Shown here piece after piece: positions 36,368 to 45,552 of a stretch of 64,000 nt of DNA. The notes beneath the pieces are model-generated. The model had not been told where the DNA came from and did not search any database. It saw only the letters and a list, made by a program, of their open reading frames with translations. The stretch lies in the IMG/VR virus record IMGVR_UViG_3300047323_000190, positions 1,346 to 65,345 of that record. One strand, written 5' to 3'. Within the stretch, counting starts at the first letter, position 1. Each line of letters opens with the position of its first letter. The position numbers and the translations under genes were made by a program. This DNA is from a virus. Lineage: Duplodnaviria; Caudoviricetes.

Positions 36368-37540
36368 GTGGCACGACAATACGATCAGCGATTGCGCGAG
36401 TTTGCCGATGCCAGGGAGATTTCCTTTCTCGACGCGCTGAATGAGCACGGCAAGCCGTCGGCCGCGGCTAAGGCGCTTGGGCTGCATCACAGTGTCGTGA
36501 TCCGCGCTCTGGACAATCTGGAGCGTCGGGCGGCGAAGATGGGGTTTAGCCCATCGCACGATATGAATCACGTTGTGCCCGCTGGGTATCGCGTTAAGGG
36601 TGTGTCGACCTACTATGACGACGAGGGAAAGCCTCGCGGTCAGTGGGTAAAGTCAGTTGAGGACAGCGACGCGCGAGAGCGCATCTTGCGTGAATTCGCT
36701 GCAGAGCTGGCTGAAGGCGTTACCGGGCTGGCGCCGATTACGCCGCCGCCCGCTCATGTCGTCGCTGATTTGCTCTGCGTCTATCCGCAAGGCGACCCGC
36801 ACGTCGGCCTGCATAGCTGGTGGGCGGAAGCGGGAGAAGATTTCGACCTGAAAATTGCTGAGCGCTTGATGTGCGCCGCAGTAGATCGCCTTGTGGCAAC
36901 CGCGCCGGCCGCAGAAACAGCCCTTCTCCTGAATTTGGGAGATATGTTCCACGCAGACAATCAGCGCAACGAAAGCCAGTCAGGCCATAAACTCGATGTA
37001 GACGGACGCTGGGCGAAAGTCCAGCAAGTCGGACTGCGCGCCATGCTGCACTGTGTACGTCGCCTGCTTGAAAAGCACCAACGCGTGATTCTCCGTATCA
37101 ACCGCGGCAATCACGACGGCCATTCCGCGTACGCGCTGGCCCTGATGATTTCGTGCTACTTCCACGATGAGCCGCGCGTTGAAGTCGACCTATCGCCCGC
37201 TGTCGCATGGTATTTCCAGTTCGGTAAGGTGCTGATCGGCTCGACTCACGGCGACACGCTCAAAGGCCCGGACATGCTGCCCATCATGGCGGCCGACGAG
37301 CCCGAGAAGTGGGGCGAGACGAAGCACCGCTACTGGTATGTAGGTCACGTCCACCACCAGGACGTCAAAGAGTACCGCGGTGGCGTTGTGGAGTACTTCC
37401 GCACGCTCGCTGCTCGAGATGCGTGGCATGCCGGCCAAGGCTATCGCGCTGGCCGGGATATGCGCCTGATCGTGCATCACCGCGAGCACGGCGAGGTGGA
37501 AAGACACCGTTGCGACGTCGGTATGTTAGAGGCGGCGTAG
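36368..37540 (+). CDS. HTH plus calcineurin-like metallophosphoesterase
   Basis: D.H, GD, GNHD, HGD, GH.HH motifs; N-terminal AA..LG HTH. Confidence 0.85.
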   Translation: MARQYDQRLREFADAREISFLDALNEHGKPSAAAKALGLHHSVVIRALDNLERRAAKMGFSPSHDMNHVVPAGYRVKGVSTYYDDEGKPRGQWVKSVEDSDARERILREFAAELAEGVTGLAPITPPPAHVVADLLCVYPQGDPHVGLHSWWAEAGEDFDLKIAERLMCAAVDRLVATAPAAETALLLNLGDMFHADNQRNESQSGHKLDVDGRWAKVQQVGLRAMLHCVRRLLEKHQRVILRINRGNHDGHSAYALALMISCYFHDEPRVEVDLSPAVAWYFQFGKVLIGSTHGDTLKGPDMLPIMAADEPEKWGETKHRYWYVGHVHHQDVKEYRGGVVEYFRTLAARDAWHAGQGYRAGRDMRLIVHHREHGEVERHRCDVGMLEAA

Positions 37541-37551
37541 TACAATTGCAG

Positions 37552-37634
37552 GGCACGGCTAGGCTTAGCGGCCGAAAGCCCCTTGAACAAGGGTTGCCGT
37601 GCCATCTCTCGTTCGATAATCCTCTGTTCAAGGA
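37552..37634 (+). promoter_or_regulatory. Three-way-junction cis RNA element, copy 1
   Basis: P1-TA-GGC(N6)GCC-GAAAG-P3-P1'; P3 is complementary to the downstream SD region. Confidence 0.6.
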
Positions 37635-37641
37635 TTGCAAT

Positions 37642-38343
37642 ATGAAGACCATCCGCCGCAAAGAGGCGAAGGCCCTTGGGCTGACCCGCTATTTCACTGG
37701 CAAGCCATGTAAGCATGGCCATATCGACGAAAGATTCGCCAGCGATGGGCAGTGCGCCACGTGCAAGACAAAGTCTCGCGATGCTTGGTACGAGAACAAC
37801 AAAGAGCGTGCGCGAGCAAAGAATATCCTGTGGCACAAGAATAACCCCGATGCAAAGCGGTTGAGAAATGCCGCTTGGGCATCCCGCAATCGGGAACAAG
37901 TGCGCGCCAGCATTAAAGCGCATTACTTGGCGAATCCCGAAAAATATGCTGAGTATCGGGCGAATTGGCTGCAAGCCAACCCGGGGAAGATGGCGCCTTT
38001 CAGGAAGAAGTGGAAAGCCGCGAATCCGCACAAGATCGCCGCCGACGTGGCGAAACGTGGTGCGACCAAGCTGCGCGCCACGCCGGCATGGGCTGATCAC
38101 AAGGCAATCGAACAGTATTACCTCATCGCGGGATTCCTGACCTCCGAGTTGGGAATTTCATTCGAAGTCGATCACGTGGTTCCATTACGCAGCAAGGTCG
38201 TGAGCGGGCTGCACGCCCACACGAATATGTCTATCTCGTTAGCGTCGTGGAATCGGTCAAAGTCGAATCGTTGGTGGCCGAACATGCCTGAGCCCGAGAT
38301 CGAACGTCATCGCGCCGACATCGGAATGCTGGAGCCAGCATGA
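37642..38343 (+). CDS. HNH homing endonuclease
   Basis: YFTGKPCKHGH, ATP.WA, VDH.VPL...VSGLH...N.......N.SK.N; AAGGA SD. Confidence 0.9.
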   Translation: MKTIRRKEAKALGLTRYFTGKPCKHGHIDERFASDGQCATCKTKSRDAWYENNKERARAKNILWHKNNPDAKRLRNAAWASRNREQVRASIKAHYLANPEKYAEYRANWLQANPGKMAPFRKKWKAANPHKIAADVAKRGATKLRATPAWADHKAIEQYYLIAGFLTSELGISFEVDHVVPLRSKVVSGLHAHTNMSISLASWNRSKSNRWWPNMPEPEIERHRADIGMLEPA

Positions 38344-38648
38344 CTCCCGCCACCATCCACACCCTAATAGCCGCATACCTCGCAATTCTGCTGGCGGTGG
38401 CGGTGATTCCGCCGAGAGGCGGTTAAGGCAATGATGAATCTCTTTCGTCGACTCCGCGTCTGGTGGAGCGACTTATCCTATCCCGCCGAGACGCAGGAGT
38501 GGATAGATGACTTCCTCGGCGTCTATACGGCCAGTGGTGGCCCAAGTCCGATGGACAGGCGCCGCGACGGCGAGACGATGCGGGAATATCGGGCGCGGTT
38601 TGTGGAGTGGCTGACTGCTCCGCGCACGTATCCGAATTGGGCGAGTGA

Positions 38649-38930
38649 TCAGCCGATCACGCCCAGCAATCGCAGAATCTGCTCACAGTTGCGCCGGTAG
38701 GCTGCAACCATAGTTCGCCCGTGTTCGTCGTCGCCCAGATGTAGCGGATCGGACATTTCGTCATAGAACGCAGTAACGGCGCCGCGCAGCGTTTCGGTTT
38801 CGGCGTAGGAAAGCTGCTGGCCGTTGATGGTTATCGTGTTGGGCAGCATGGGCGTCCTGTTGATGATTTCGCAGATGCGGGCAAGATCCTGATCGAACTC
38901 GGCGACGGTGATTAGGCGGTTTCCAGTCAT
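38649..38930 (-). CDS. Moron hypothetical protein
   Basis: ITING..L....LG.DE.G motif; start uncertain. Confidence 0.55.
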   Translation of the reverse strand: MTGNRLITVAEFDQDLARICEIINRTPMLPNTITINGQQLSYAETETLRGAVTAFYDEMSDPLHLGDDEHGRTMVAAYRRNCEQILRLLGVIG

Positions 38931-39184
38931 TATTCGCTCGTTTTCATACGCATGACTTCAGCGGCGGACGCCAGTTCCTCGAGCGCGAACTGCTCCGGGT
39001 AGGTCAACAGGACTTCTGTCACCTTTCCGTCAATCTCGCGCGTGCCGGCCATCAGGTAACGCAACCGGCGTTCGCTGATGCCAATGCGGTTAGCGATCCA
39101 CTGCTGAGACTTGTCGATGCGCTGGACTAGATTGCGCACCGTATCAGGATGCGGGGCGTGCAGGTTGGCGTTTGGTGTGCTCAT
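38930..39184 (-). CDS. Moron HTH regulator
   Basis: SQQWIANRIGISERRLRY...YPEQFALE. Confidence 0.75.
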   Translation of the reverse strand: MSTPNANLHAPHPDTVRNLVQRIDKSQQWIANRIGISERRLRYLMAGTREIDGKVTEVLLTYPEQFALEELASAAEVMRMKTSE

Positions 39185-39333
39185 AGCTTGCGGTAGATGA
39201 TCGCCTCAGGGTACGAGTTGCGGAGGCAGCGCACAGCGCTCTCGACGTCTCGCGGCTTGTTGGAATCGACGGTGATGGTGCAAACCAATTGACCGTTGAG
39301 GAAGGCGCCGTAGGTAATCATGACGCGCTCCGA

Positions 39334-39507
39334 TTAATAGCCGAGCCAGTCACGAACAGCCTGAATCGTCGGCTCAATCGTTTCAATCTCGCCGAACGCA
39401 ACGCCATCCTTGCAGTAAACGGCTTCAGCGACGATCTTGCCGTCGCGGCCTACGTGGGCGTTGATGCTGTGCTTTGCGATGTAGGCGACGAGTTGTTGAG
39501 CGTTCAT
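39334..39507 (-). CDS. Moron small protein (57 aa)
   Basis: Manual translation MNAQQLVAYI...VRDWLGY*; GGAG SD; upstream TTGCAA-16-TATAAT at 39582-39555. Confidence 0.55.
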   Translation of the reverse strand: MNAQQLVAYIAKHSINAHVGRDGKIVAEAVYCKDGVAFGEIETIEPTIQAVRDWLGY

Positions 39508-39653
39508 TTTCTTTCTCCGGGTTCGCCTTCTGCAAGTGCAGTGGCATGAATAGGATTATAGGCACGACGTACCGGATTGCAATCACTTTATACGGCACGG
39601 ATAGAAATTTAACCCTGCATCTGCGGAAACTCCCCCATGAATGAGGTGTTGGC

Positions 39654-40178
39654 ATGGCCCTGTGCGGAGCTAAAGGCCGCAACGGTCAACCATGTAAGCG
39701 CCACGCCTCGGTAGGAGCCAAGCGCTGCAAGTTGCACGGCGGCAACAACAAACCAGCAAAGAAAGGTAACAAGTACGCCGCGAAACCCGGTGGTCTTTAC
39801 AGCGCGTACCTGACGCCCGAAGAAACCAAGATCGCGGCAGCTCTCACGCTCGGCTCGGTCGACGAAGAGATCCGTCTGACCCGTATTCGTCTGATGCGCG
39901 CCCTGAAGCTTGAGGAAGAACGCGCTGACACCGCTGAACTGGACAGCGAAGTCGAGAGGGATGGTGCTGAGAACGTCTCGGCCAAATACGAACGACATTC
40001 GAAAGTCCGCGATTACGCTGGCCTGATTGATCGCTTGACAGCGCGCATTGCGATGCTCGAGAAGACGCGTGCCGAACTGAACAAAGATGCTCCGGACGGC
40101 GGCGAAGATGACCTGATGCGAGATGACACGGTCATCCTGAAACCTGATGAACCGATCCCTGAGAAACCCATCGTCTAA
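39654..40178 (+). CDS. terS: Terminase small subunit (HGGxSTG-like N-terminus)
   Basis: CGAK.R.G.PC...RC.LHGG...GN..A...G.Y; upstream of TerL. Confidence 0.8.
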   Translation: MALCGAKGRNGQPCKRHASVGAKRCKLHGGNNKPAKKGNKYAAKPGGLYSAYLTPEETKIAAALTLGSVDEEIRLTRIRLMRALKLEEERADTAELDSEVERDGAENVSAKYERHSKVRDYAGLIDRLTARIAMLEKTRAELNKDAPDGGEDDLMRDDTVILKPDEPIPEKPIV

Positions 40179-41457
40179 CGTCAATCTGACGCCGAAACAG
40201 GCGAACATCTTTGCGTGGGGTTTCCAGCCTGAGGCTCGTTTCCGCGATGCCGTATGCGGTCGACGCTTCGGCAAGACGTTTCTCGGTGCCAAAGAGATGC
40301 GCCGGGCGGCCAAGCTGGCTGCCAAATGGGGCGTGTCGACTGACGACGAGATCTGGTACGCGGCTCCGACGTTCAAGCAGGCAAAGCGCGTTTTCTGGCG
40401 CCGGCTGAAAAAAGCGATTCCGCCGAACTGGCGCTTTGGCAAGCCGAACGAGACGGAATGCAGCATCACGCTCAAGACCGGGCATGTGATGCGAATTGTC
40501 GGGCTGGATGCTTACGACAATCTGCGCGGTTCCGGTCTGTTCTTCGTGCTGGTCGACGAGTGGGCGGATTGCCCATATGAGGCGTGGGAAGAAGTCCTGC
40601 GCCCGATGCTTTCGACCTGTCGCTACTACGTTGATGGCGTCGAGCGCCGCGGCGGCCATGCTTTACGGATCGGCACGCCGAAGGGATTCAATCATTGCTA
40701 CGACACCTATCTGGCTGGCCAGGATGGCCGCGAGCCGGATCACAAAAGCTGGCTGTACACATCGGTTCAGGGCGGCAACGTCCCGGTAGAGGAAATCGAA
40801 GCGGCGCGTCGCAGCATGGACCCGCGCACGTACCGGCAAGAGTACGAAGCCAGCTTTGAGAATTACCAGGGCGTCATTTACTACTGCTTTGATCGTCGGG
40901 CGAATCACACTGACGAGACGATCCAAGCTGGCGACGAGCTGCATATTGGCATGGACTTTAACGTCGCCCACATGAGCGGCATCGTTTTTGTCATTCGTGA
41001 CGGCGAGCCGCGGGCGGTAGACGAGATGGTCGACGTGTTCGATACGCCGGCCATCATTGAAAAGATCAACGAGCGCTACGCCGGCCACAAGATCACGGTC
41101 TATCCGGACGCGTCTGGCGACAACCGAAAAACCAGCAATGCCAGCGAGTCAGATATTGCATTGCTGAAGAAGGGCGGCTTTAAGGTGGTTGTGAATTCAG
41201 CCAATCCCGCCGTCAAGGACCGCATCAACAGCAAAAACGCGATGCTTTGCAACACGTATGGCGACCGACGTTTGCTGGTGAACACGAAGAAATGCCCGAA
41301 ATACACGCAGGCGCTCGAGCGTCAGGTGTGGGACGAGAAGAGTCAGCCAGATAAGACGGCTGGATTCGATCACCCGAACGACGCAGGCGGCTACTTCATC
41401 GTGAAGACCTACCCGATCGTCAAGCGCACCACCACCGTAACCAGTTTCAACGCATAA
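40147..41457 (+). CDS. terL: Terminase large subunit
   Basis: GRRFGKT, VDE, GTPKG, RQEY.ASF, G.DFN, DH..DA..Y. Confidence 0.95.
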   Translation: MNRSLRNPSSNVNLTPKQANIFAWGFQPEARFRDAVCGRRFGKTFLGAKEMRRAAKLAAKWGVSTDDEIWYAAPTFKQAKRVFWRRLKKAIPPNWRFGKPNETECSITLKTGHVMRIVGLDAYDNLRGSGLFFVLVDEWADCPYEAWEEVLRPMLSTCRYYVDGVERRGGHALRIGTPKGFNHCYDTYLAGQDGREPDHKSWLYTSVQGGNVPVEEIEAARRSMDPRTYRQEYEASFENYQGVIYYCFDRRANHTDETIQAGDELHIGMDFNVAHMSGIVFVIRDGEPRAVDEMVDVFDTPAIIEKINERYAGHKITVYPDASGDNRKTSNASESDIALLKKGGFKVVVNSANPAVKDRINSKNAMLCNTYGDRRLLVNTKKCPKYTQALERQVWDEKSQPDKTAGFDHPNDAGGYFIVKTYPIVKRTTTVTSFNA

Positions 41458-41466
41458 GCCAACCGC

Positions 41467-42864
41467 ATGACATCCACCGTCCGAGACACAACGCCCGCAG
41501 TAGATGCGATGACCGAGGATGATGCGGTCATTGCCGCGCTGTTGGGCGGGACGACCGCCATGCGCAAGGCTGGCAAGACGTATCTGCCGCAGTGGCCCAA
41601 CGAGACAGACTCTGCCTATAAGGCTAGGTGCGCCGCAGCCACGCTGTTTCCTGCTTATGCGCGGACGACGGAGGTTCTGACCGGAAAGCCCTTCTCGAAG
41701 CCCCTTACGTTCGCAGATGACGTTCCGGAGCAGATCAAGGAGTGGTGCGAGAACATCGATCTGCAGGGGCACAACCTGCACGCGTTCGGCGCGGCGGTAT
41801 GTAAGCACGCGATCGACTACGGGCTGTGCGGCATCCTTGCCGACTTCCCACCTACTCGCGGTCGCTTGAAGACGAGAGCCGACGAAGCTGCAGCGGGCGT
41901 CCGACCTTACCTCGTCCATATCCACAAGCAGAATATTCTGGGCTGGCGGGCGCAGCGAATCAACGGCGTTCTGACACTCACCCAGTTGCGCTTTCTGGAG
42001 TCGGTCACCGAGCCAGATGGTCCTTTCGCCGAGACGACGATTGACCAGGTGCGCGTTCTCTACCCCGGCAAGTGGGAAGTGTGGCGAGAGAGCGACCAGG
42101 TAGACGCGGACGGAAAGAAGATCTGGGTGATTCACGACAAGGGCTCGACGACTCTCAAGAAAATTCCGTTCGTGCCGGTCTACGGCAAGCGGACTGGTTT
42201 CATGCAGGGTACGGCGCCCTTGGTCGAACTGGCGCACATGAATGTCGAGCACTGGCAGAGCAAATCTGACCAGCAGACGATTCTGCACATCGCTCGCATC
42301 CCGCTGCTGTTCGGCAAGAATCTCGACGGCGCTGAAATCACCGTAGGGACATCATCGGCCATCGTTGCGGACGGTGAGAATGCCGATCTTCGCTATGTCG
42401 AGCACTCGGGCAAGGCGATCGAGGCCGGTCGCCAGTCGCTGAAGGACCTCGAAGACGGTATGCGTCAGGTCGGTGCAGAGCTGCTCGTTATCAAGCCGGG
42501 CAATACCACGATCGTCCAGACACAGGCCGATAACGAAGCCGGTATGTGCGTGCTTCAGCGCATCGCACAGGATCTGGAAGACGCGCTGGACGAAGCATTG
42601 CAGCTCGTCGCGGAATGGGTCCGGTTGCCAGAAGGCGGGCACGTCACCGTGTTCAAGGACTTCGGCGTCGCGTCGCTTGAGGCTGCATCGCTTGAGCTAC
42701 TGCGGGACATGAACGTCGATGGAACGCTATCGGATGAAACGCTCTATCGAGAAGGTCAGCGCCGCGGCGTGATCGGTCCCGACGTAAGTTGGGAAGACGA
42801 AAAAACGCGCATCAAGGCCAATACGCCGAAGCAGGAACTTGGCAAGGTTGGCATCACAGATTAA
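41467..42864 (+). CDS. Portal protein (DUF4055-like)
   Basis: Follows TerL; GGT.AMR.AG..YLP....E....Y..R. Confidence 0.88.
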   Translation: MTSTVRDTTPAVDAMTEDDAVIAALLGGTTAMRKAGKTYLPQWPNETDSAYKARCAAATLFPAYARTTEVLTGKPFSKPLTFADDVPEQIKEWCENIDLQGHNLHAFGAAVCKHAIDYGLCGILADFPPTRGRLKTRADEAAAGVRPYLVHIHKQNILGWRAQRINGVLTLTQLRFLESVTEPDGPFAETTIDQVRVLYPGKWEVWRESDQVDADGKKIWVIHDKGSTTLKKIPFVPVYGKRTGFMQGTAPLVELAHMNVEHWQSKSDQQTILHIARIPLLFGKNLDGAEITVGTSSAIVADGENADLRYVEHSGKAIEAGRQSLKDLEDGMRQVGAELLVIKPGNTTIVQTQADNEAGMCVLQRIAQDLEDALDEALQLVAEWVRLPEGGHVTVFKDFGVASLEAASLELLRDMNVDGTLSDETLYREGQRRGVIGPDVSWEDEKTRIKANTPKQELGKVGITD

Positions 42865-42887
42865 CGGGAGCAATCCCAACGAAGTCG

Positions 42888-42919
42888 GGCCGCAGCTAAC
42901 CACTGCGGCCTTTTTGTTT
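42888..42919 (+). terminator. Terminator
   Basis: GGCCGCAG...CTGCGGCC-TTTTTGTTT. Confidence 0.75.
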
Positions 42920-42987
42920 GTCGCGGCGCGGAAGCAATGCGGCGTCTACGGGCAGATAGCCTATTTATTTGAGACTGGAAAGTCACC

Positions 42988-43776
42988 ATGAAGCTGAAAC
43001 TCGATGACCAGGGGCACGTAGTCCTCTCGGATGGCAAGCCGGTGTATGTGCACGACGACGGCAAGGAAATCGCCTTCGATGGAGCGCAGGCATTTGCAAA
43101 GATCGGCCAACTTACCAGCGAGAACAAGGCGCACAGGACGCGCGCCGAAGAACTCGACGGCAAGGTGAAGCTGTTCGAAGGCATTGAGGACCCAGACGCG
43201 GCGAAACGCGCACTCGAGACTGTCAAGAACATCAAGGACGGCGATCTGATCGCGGCCGGCAAGGTCGAGGAAATCAAGGCGGCAGCGAAGAAAGCCGCCG
43301 AGGAGCAGGTCGAGGCTGCAAACAAGCAGTTTCTGGCCGACCTGACCAAGACCAAGACCGAGCGCGACACGCTGCAACAGCAGCTCTACGACGAACGAAT
43401 CGGCGGCAGCTTTGACCGCTCGAAGTTCATCGCGGAGAAGTTGGCTATCCCTGGCGATCTGGCGCGCGCCGCATTTGGCAAGGCTTTCAAGATCGAGGAA
43501 GGAAAGGTTGTGGCCTACGACGGCAACGGGAACAAGCTGTTCTCCCGCGAACGTCCGGGCGATCTCGCTAACTTCGACGAAGCACTGGAAACACTGGTCG
43601 AGCACTACCCACATCGCGATCAGATCCTCAAGGGGTCGGGCGCCAGCGGAAGCGGCGCAAATGGTGGCGGTGGTGGCGGATCGGGCTCGAAAGCACTTAC
43701 TCGCGATGCCTTTGCGGCGCTGCCTGCTGACAAGCAGATGGCGCACGTCAAGGGCGGCGGAACCATCTCAGACTGA
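42988..43776 (+). CDS. Capsid scaffolding protein
   Basis: MKLKLD..G..V..DGKPVY; coiled coil; Gly-rich tail; upstream of capsid gene. Confidence 0.8.
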   Translation: MKLKLDDQGHVVLSDGKPVYVHDDGKEIAFDGAQAFAKIGQLTSENKAHRTRAEELDGKVKLFEGIEDPDAAKRALETVKNIKDGDLIAAGKVEEIKAAAKKAAEEQVEAANKQFLADLTKTKTERDTLQQQLYDERIGGSFDRSKFIAEKLAIPGDLARAAFGKAFKIEEGKVVAYDGNGNKLFSRERPGDLANFDEALETLVEHYPHRDQILKGSGASGSGANGGGGGGSGSKALTRDAFAALPADKQMAHVKGGGTISD

Positions 43777-43785
43777 TAGGAAATC

Positions 43786-44934
43786 ATGGCGAATACGCTT
43801 ACATCCCTCGTACCCGACCTGTACGAAGCGCTTGACGTTGTCTCGCGCGAACTGTCGGGTTTCATCCCCTCCGTCACGCTCGACGCATCGGCTGCCCGTG
43901 CAGCTCTGAACCAGGCTGTTCGCGTGCCGATCACGCCGGCCGCTGCCGCTGAAGACGTGACGCCGGGTCAATTGCCGCCCGATGACGGCGATCAGATCAT
44001 CGGCAATACGCCGATTACGATCTCCAAGTCGCGTACCGTTCCGTTCCGCTGGTCGGGCGAAGAACAAAAGGGCGTCAACTCGGGCCCCGGCTATCCGAAC
44101 ATTCGTCGTGACCAGATCGCGCAGGCAATGCGTACGCTGGTCAACGAAATTGAAGCGGCTGTCGGCGGCCTGGCCGTCAGCGCATCGCGCGCATGGGGTA
44201 CGGCTGGCGCCGCCCCGTTCGCAACTGACCTCAGCGACCCGGCCAACGTCCGCAAGATTCTTGCTGACAACGGCGCGCCAATGAGCGACATGCAACTGGT
44301 GATCGACACGACCGCCGGCGCCAAGGTTCGCTCGCTCGCCCAGTTGACGAAAGCCAATGAAGCTGGCACGACCGACGTCCGCGCGCAAGGTACGTTGCTC
44401 GAGATTCACGGCTTCTCGCTGCGCGAATCGGCTGGCGTCCAGCAAATCGCTGCTGGCTCGGTGACGGGCACCGTCACTGCCTCGGGTTCGAAGGGCTCGG
44501 CGTCGGTCACGATCACGACCGCTGCTGGCGCCGCAACCGCGATCCTGGCGGGCGACGTGGTGACCTTCGCGGGCGACACCAACAAGTATGTCGCTGCCGC
44601 TGCGCTGACGTTGGGCGCTTCGACCTCGGGCACGCTGACACTGGTCGATCCGGGCCTGCGCACGACGCTCTCGAGCGCTGCTGTGACGGTGGTTGCAACG
44701 GCAACGCGTAACTTCGCGTTCAGCCGTTCGGCGATCATTCTGGCGACCCGCGTTCCGGCCCTCCCGGAAGAAGGCGATATGGCCGCTGACCGGATGCTGA
44801 TCACCGATCCGCGCACCGGCCTGACGTTCGAAATCGCGATGTACCTCCAGTACCGTCGCGTGCGGTATGAGGTTTCGCTGGCCTATGGTTTCGCCAACAT
44901 TAAGCCGCGCCACACGGCGCTGTTGCTCGGGTAA
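43786..44934 (+). CDS. Major capsid protein (P22-coat-like)
   Basis: MANTLT.L.P....ALD.VSREL.GFIP; size and position. Confidence 0.88.
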   Translation: MANTLTSLVPDLYEALDVVSRELSGFIPSVTLDASAARAALNQAVRVPITPAAAAEDVTPGQLPPDDGDQIIGNTPITISKSRTVPFRWSGEEQKGVNSGPGYPNIRRDQIAQAMRTLVNEIEAAVGGLAVSASRAWGTAGAAPFATDLSDPANVRKILADNGAPMSDMQLVIDTTAGAKVRSLAQLTKANEAGTTDVRAQGTLLEIHGFSLRESAGVQQIAAGSVTGTVTASGSKGSASVTITTAAGAATAILAGDVVTFAGDTNKYVAAAALTLGASTSGTLTLVDPGLRTTLSSAAVTVVATATRNFAFSRSAIILATRVPALPEEGDMAADRMLITDPRTGLTFEIAMYLQYRRVRYEVSLAYGFANIKPRHTALLLG

Positions 44935-44944
44935 TGAGCGCACG

Positions 44945-44971
44945 GGCCCGCAGATGATTGCGGGCCTTTTT
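44945..44971 (+). terminator. Terminator after capsid gene
   Basis: GGCCCGCA/TGCGGGCC-TTTTT. Confidence 0.8.
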
Positions 44972-44982
44972 ACCTTCCTCAC

Positions 44983-45150
44983 ATGGCAAACATCTCCAAA
45001 GCTGAGCGCGAGCGTCGCGCCGCAGACCAATCCGATGCCGAAAGCGTCGATGATGGCCTGATTGAAATGACGGATGGCTCGCTGACGTTGCGGCTGCATC
45101 CGGATTGCGTTACTGAGCATCAAAAACTGGGCTGGAAAATTTCGGAGTAA
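44983..45150 (+). CDS. Small head-associated protein (55 aa)
   Basis: Manual translation ...HPD.V..H...GW. Confidence 0.55.
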   Translation: MANISKAERERRAADQSDAESVDDGLIEMTDGSLTLRLHPDCVTEHQKLGWKISE

Positions 45151-45153
45151 CGA

Positions 45154-45549
45154 ATGCTTACCGATCAGCAAATGTCCGACGTACGGCGGTTTGCCGGCTA
45201 TCCGTTGCTTGCTGACACGGTTGCGGACAATTCGCGGGACTTCGCCTATGGATGGGTCTCGCCGGGCACGTGGGCGACGCTCTATCACCGCCTGACAAAC
45301 CTCCGGCCGGAGGAAGAGTCGACACTGATTTCTGTATACCTGACCAACTTGACGCAATTCGAGAGCGACCTTGTCACTACGTCGCAAAACCTCGATACCG
45401 ATCAGGCTGCAGTTTGGTATCACAACAAAAACGAAATGCGCGACCGCGAGAAGATGCTCGATATGTGGCGTCGCCGGATGTGCTACTTCATCGGCATTCC
45501 GCCCGGCCCATCACTCGGCAATGGCGGTACTGCTATTGTGCGCGGTTGA
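45154..45549 (+). CDS. Head-tail adaptor-like protein
   Basis: DVRRF.GY; position. Confidence 0.65.
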   Translation: MLTDQQMSDVRRFAGYPLLADTVADNSRDFAYGWVSPGTWATLYHRLTNLRPEEESTLISVYLTNLTQFESDLVTTSQNLDTDQAAVWYHNKNEMRDREKMLDMWRRRMCYFIGIPPGPSLGNGGTAIVRG

Positions 45550-45552
45550 TCT

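Noticed and set aside
37552-37603. Hammerhead ribozyme
   Set aside because: Three-way junction with GAAA, but the CUGANGA catalytic strand is replaced by UA in both copies
37309-37641. N-terminal extension of the HNH ORF, or an intron/intein in the phosphoesterase
   Set aside because: The extension overlaps another gene and the RNA element; the SD supports ATG 37642; the host gene has its own complete end and no group I or intein motifs are visible
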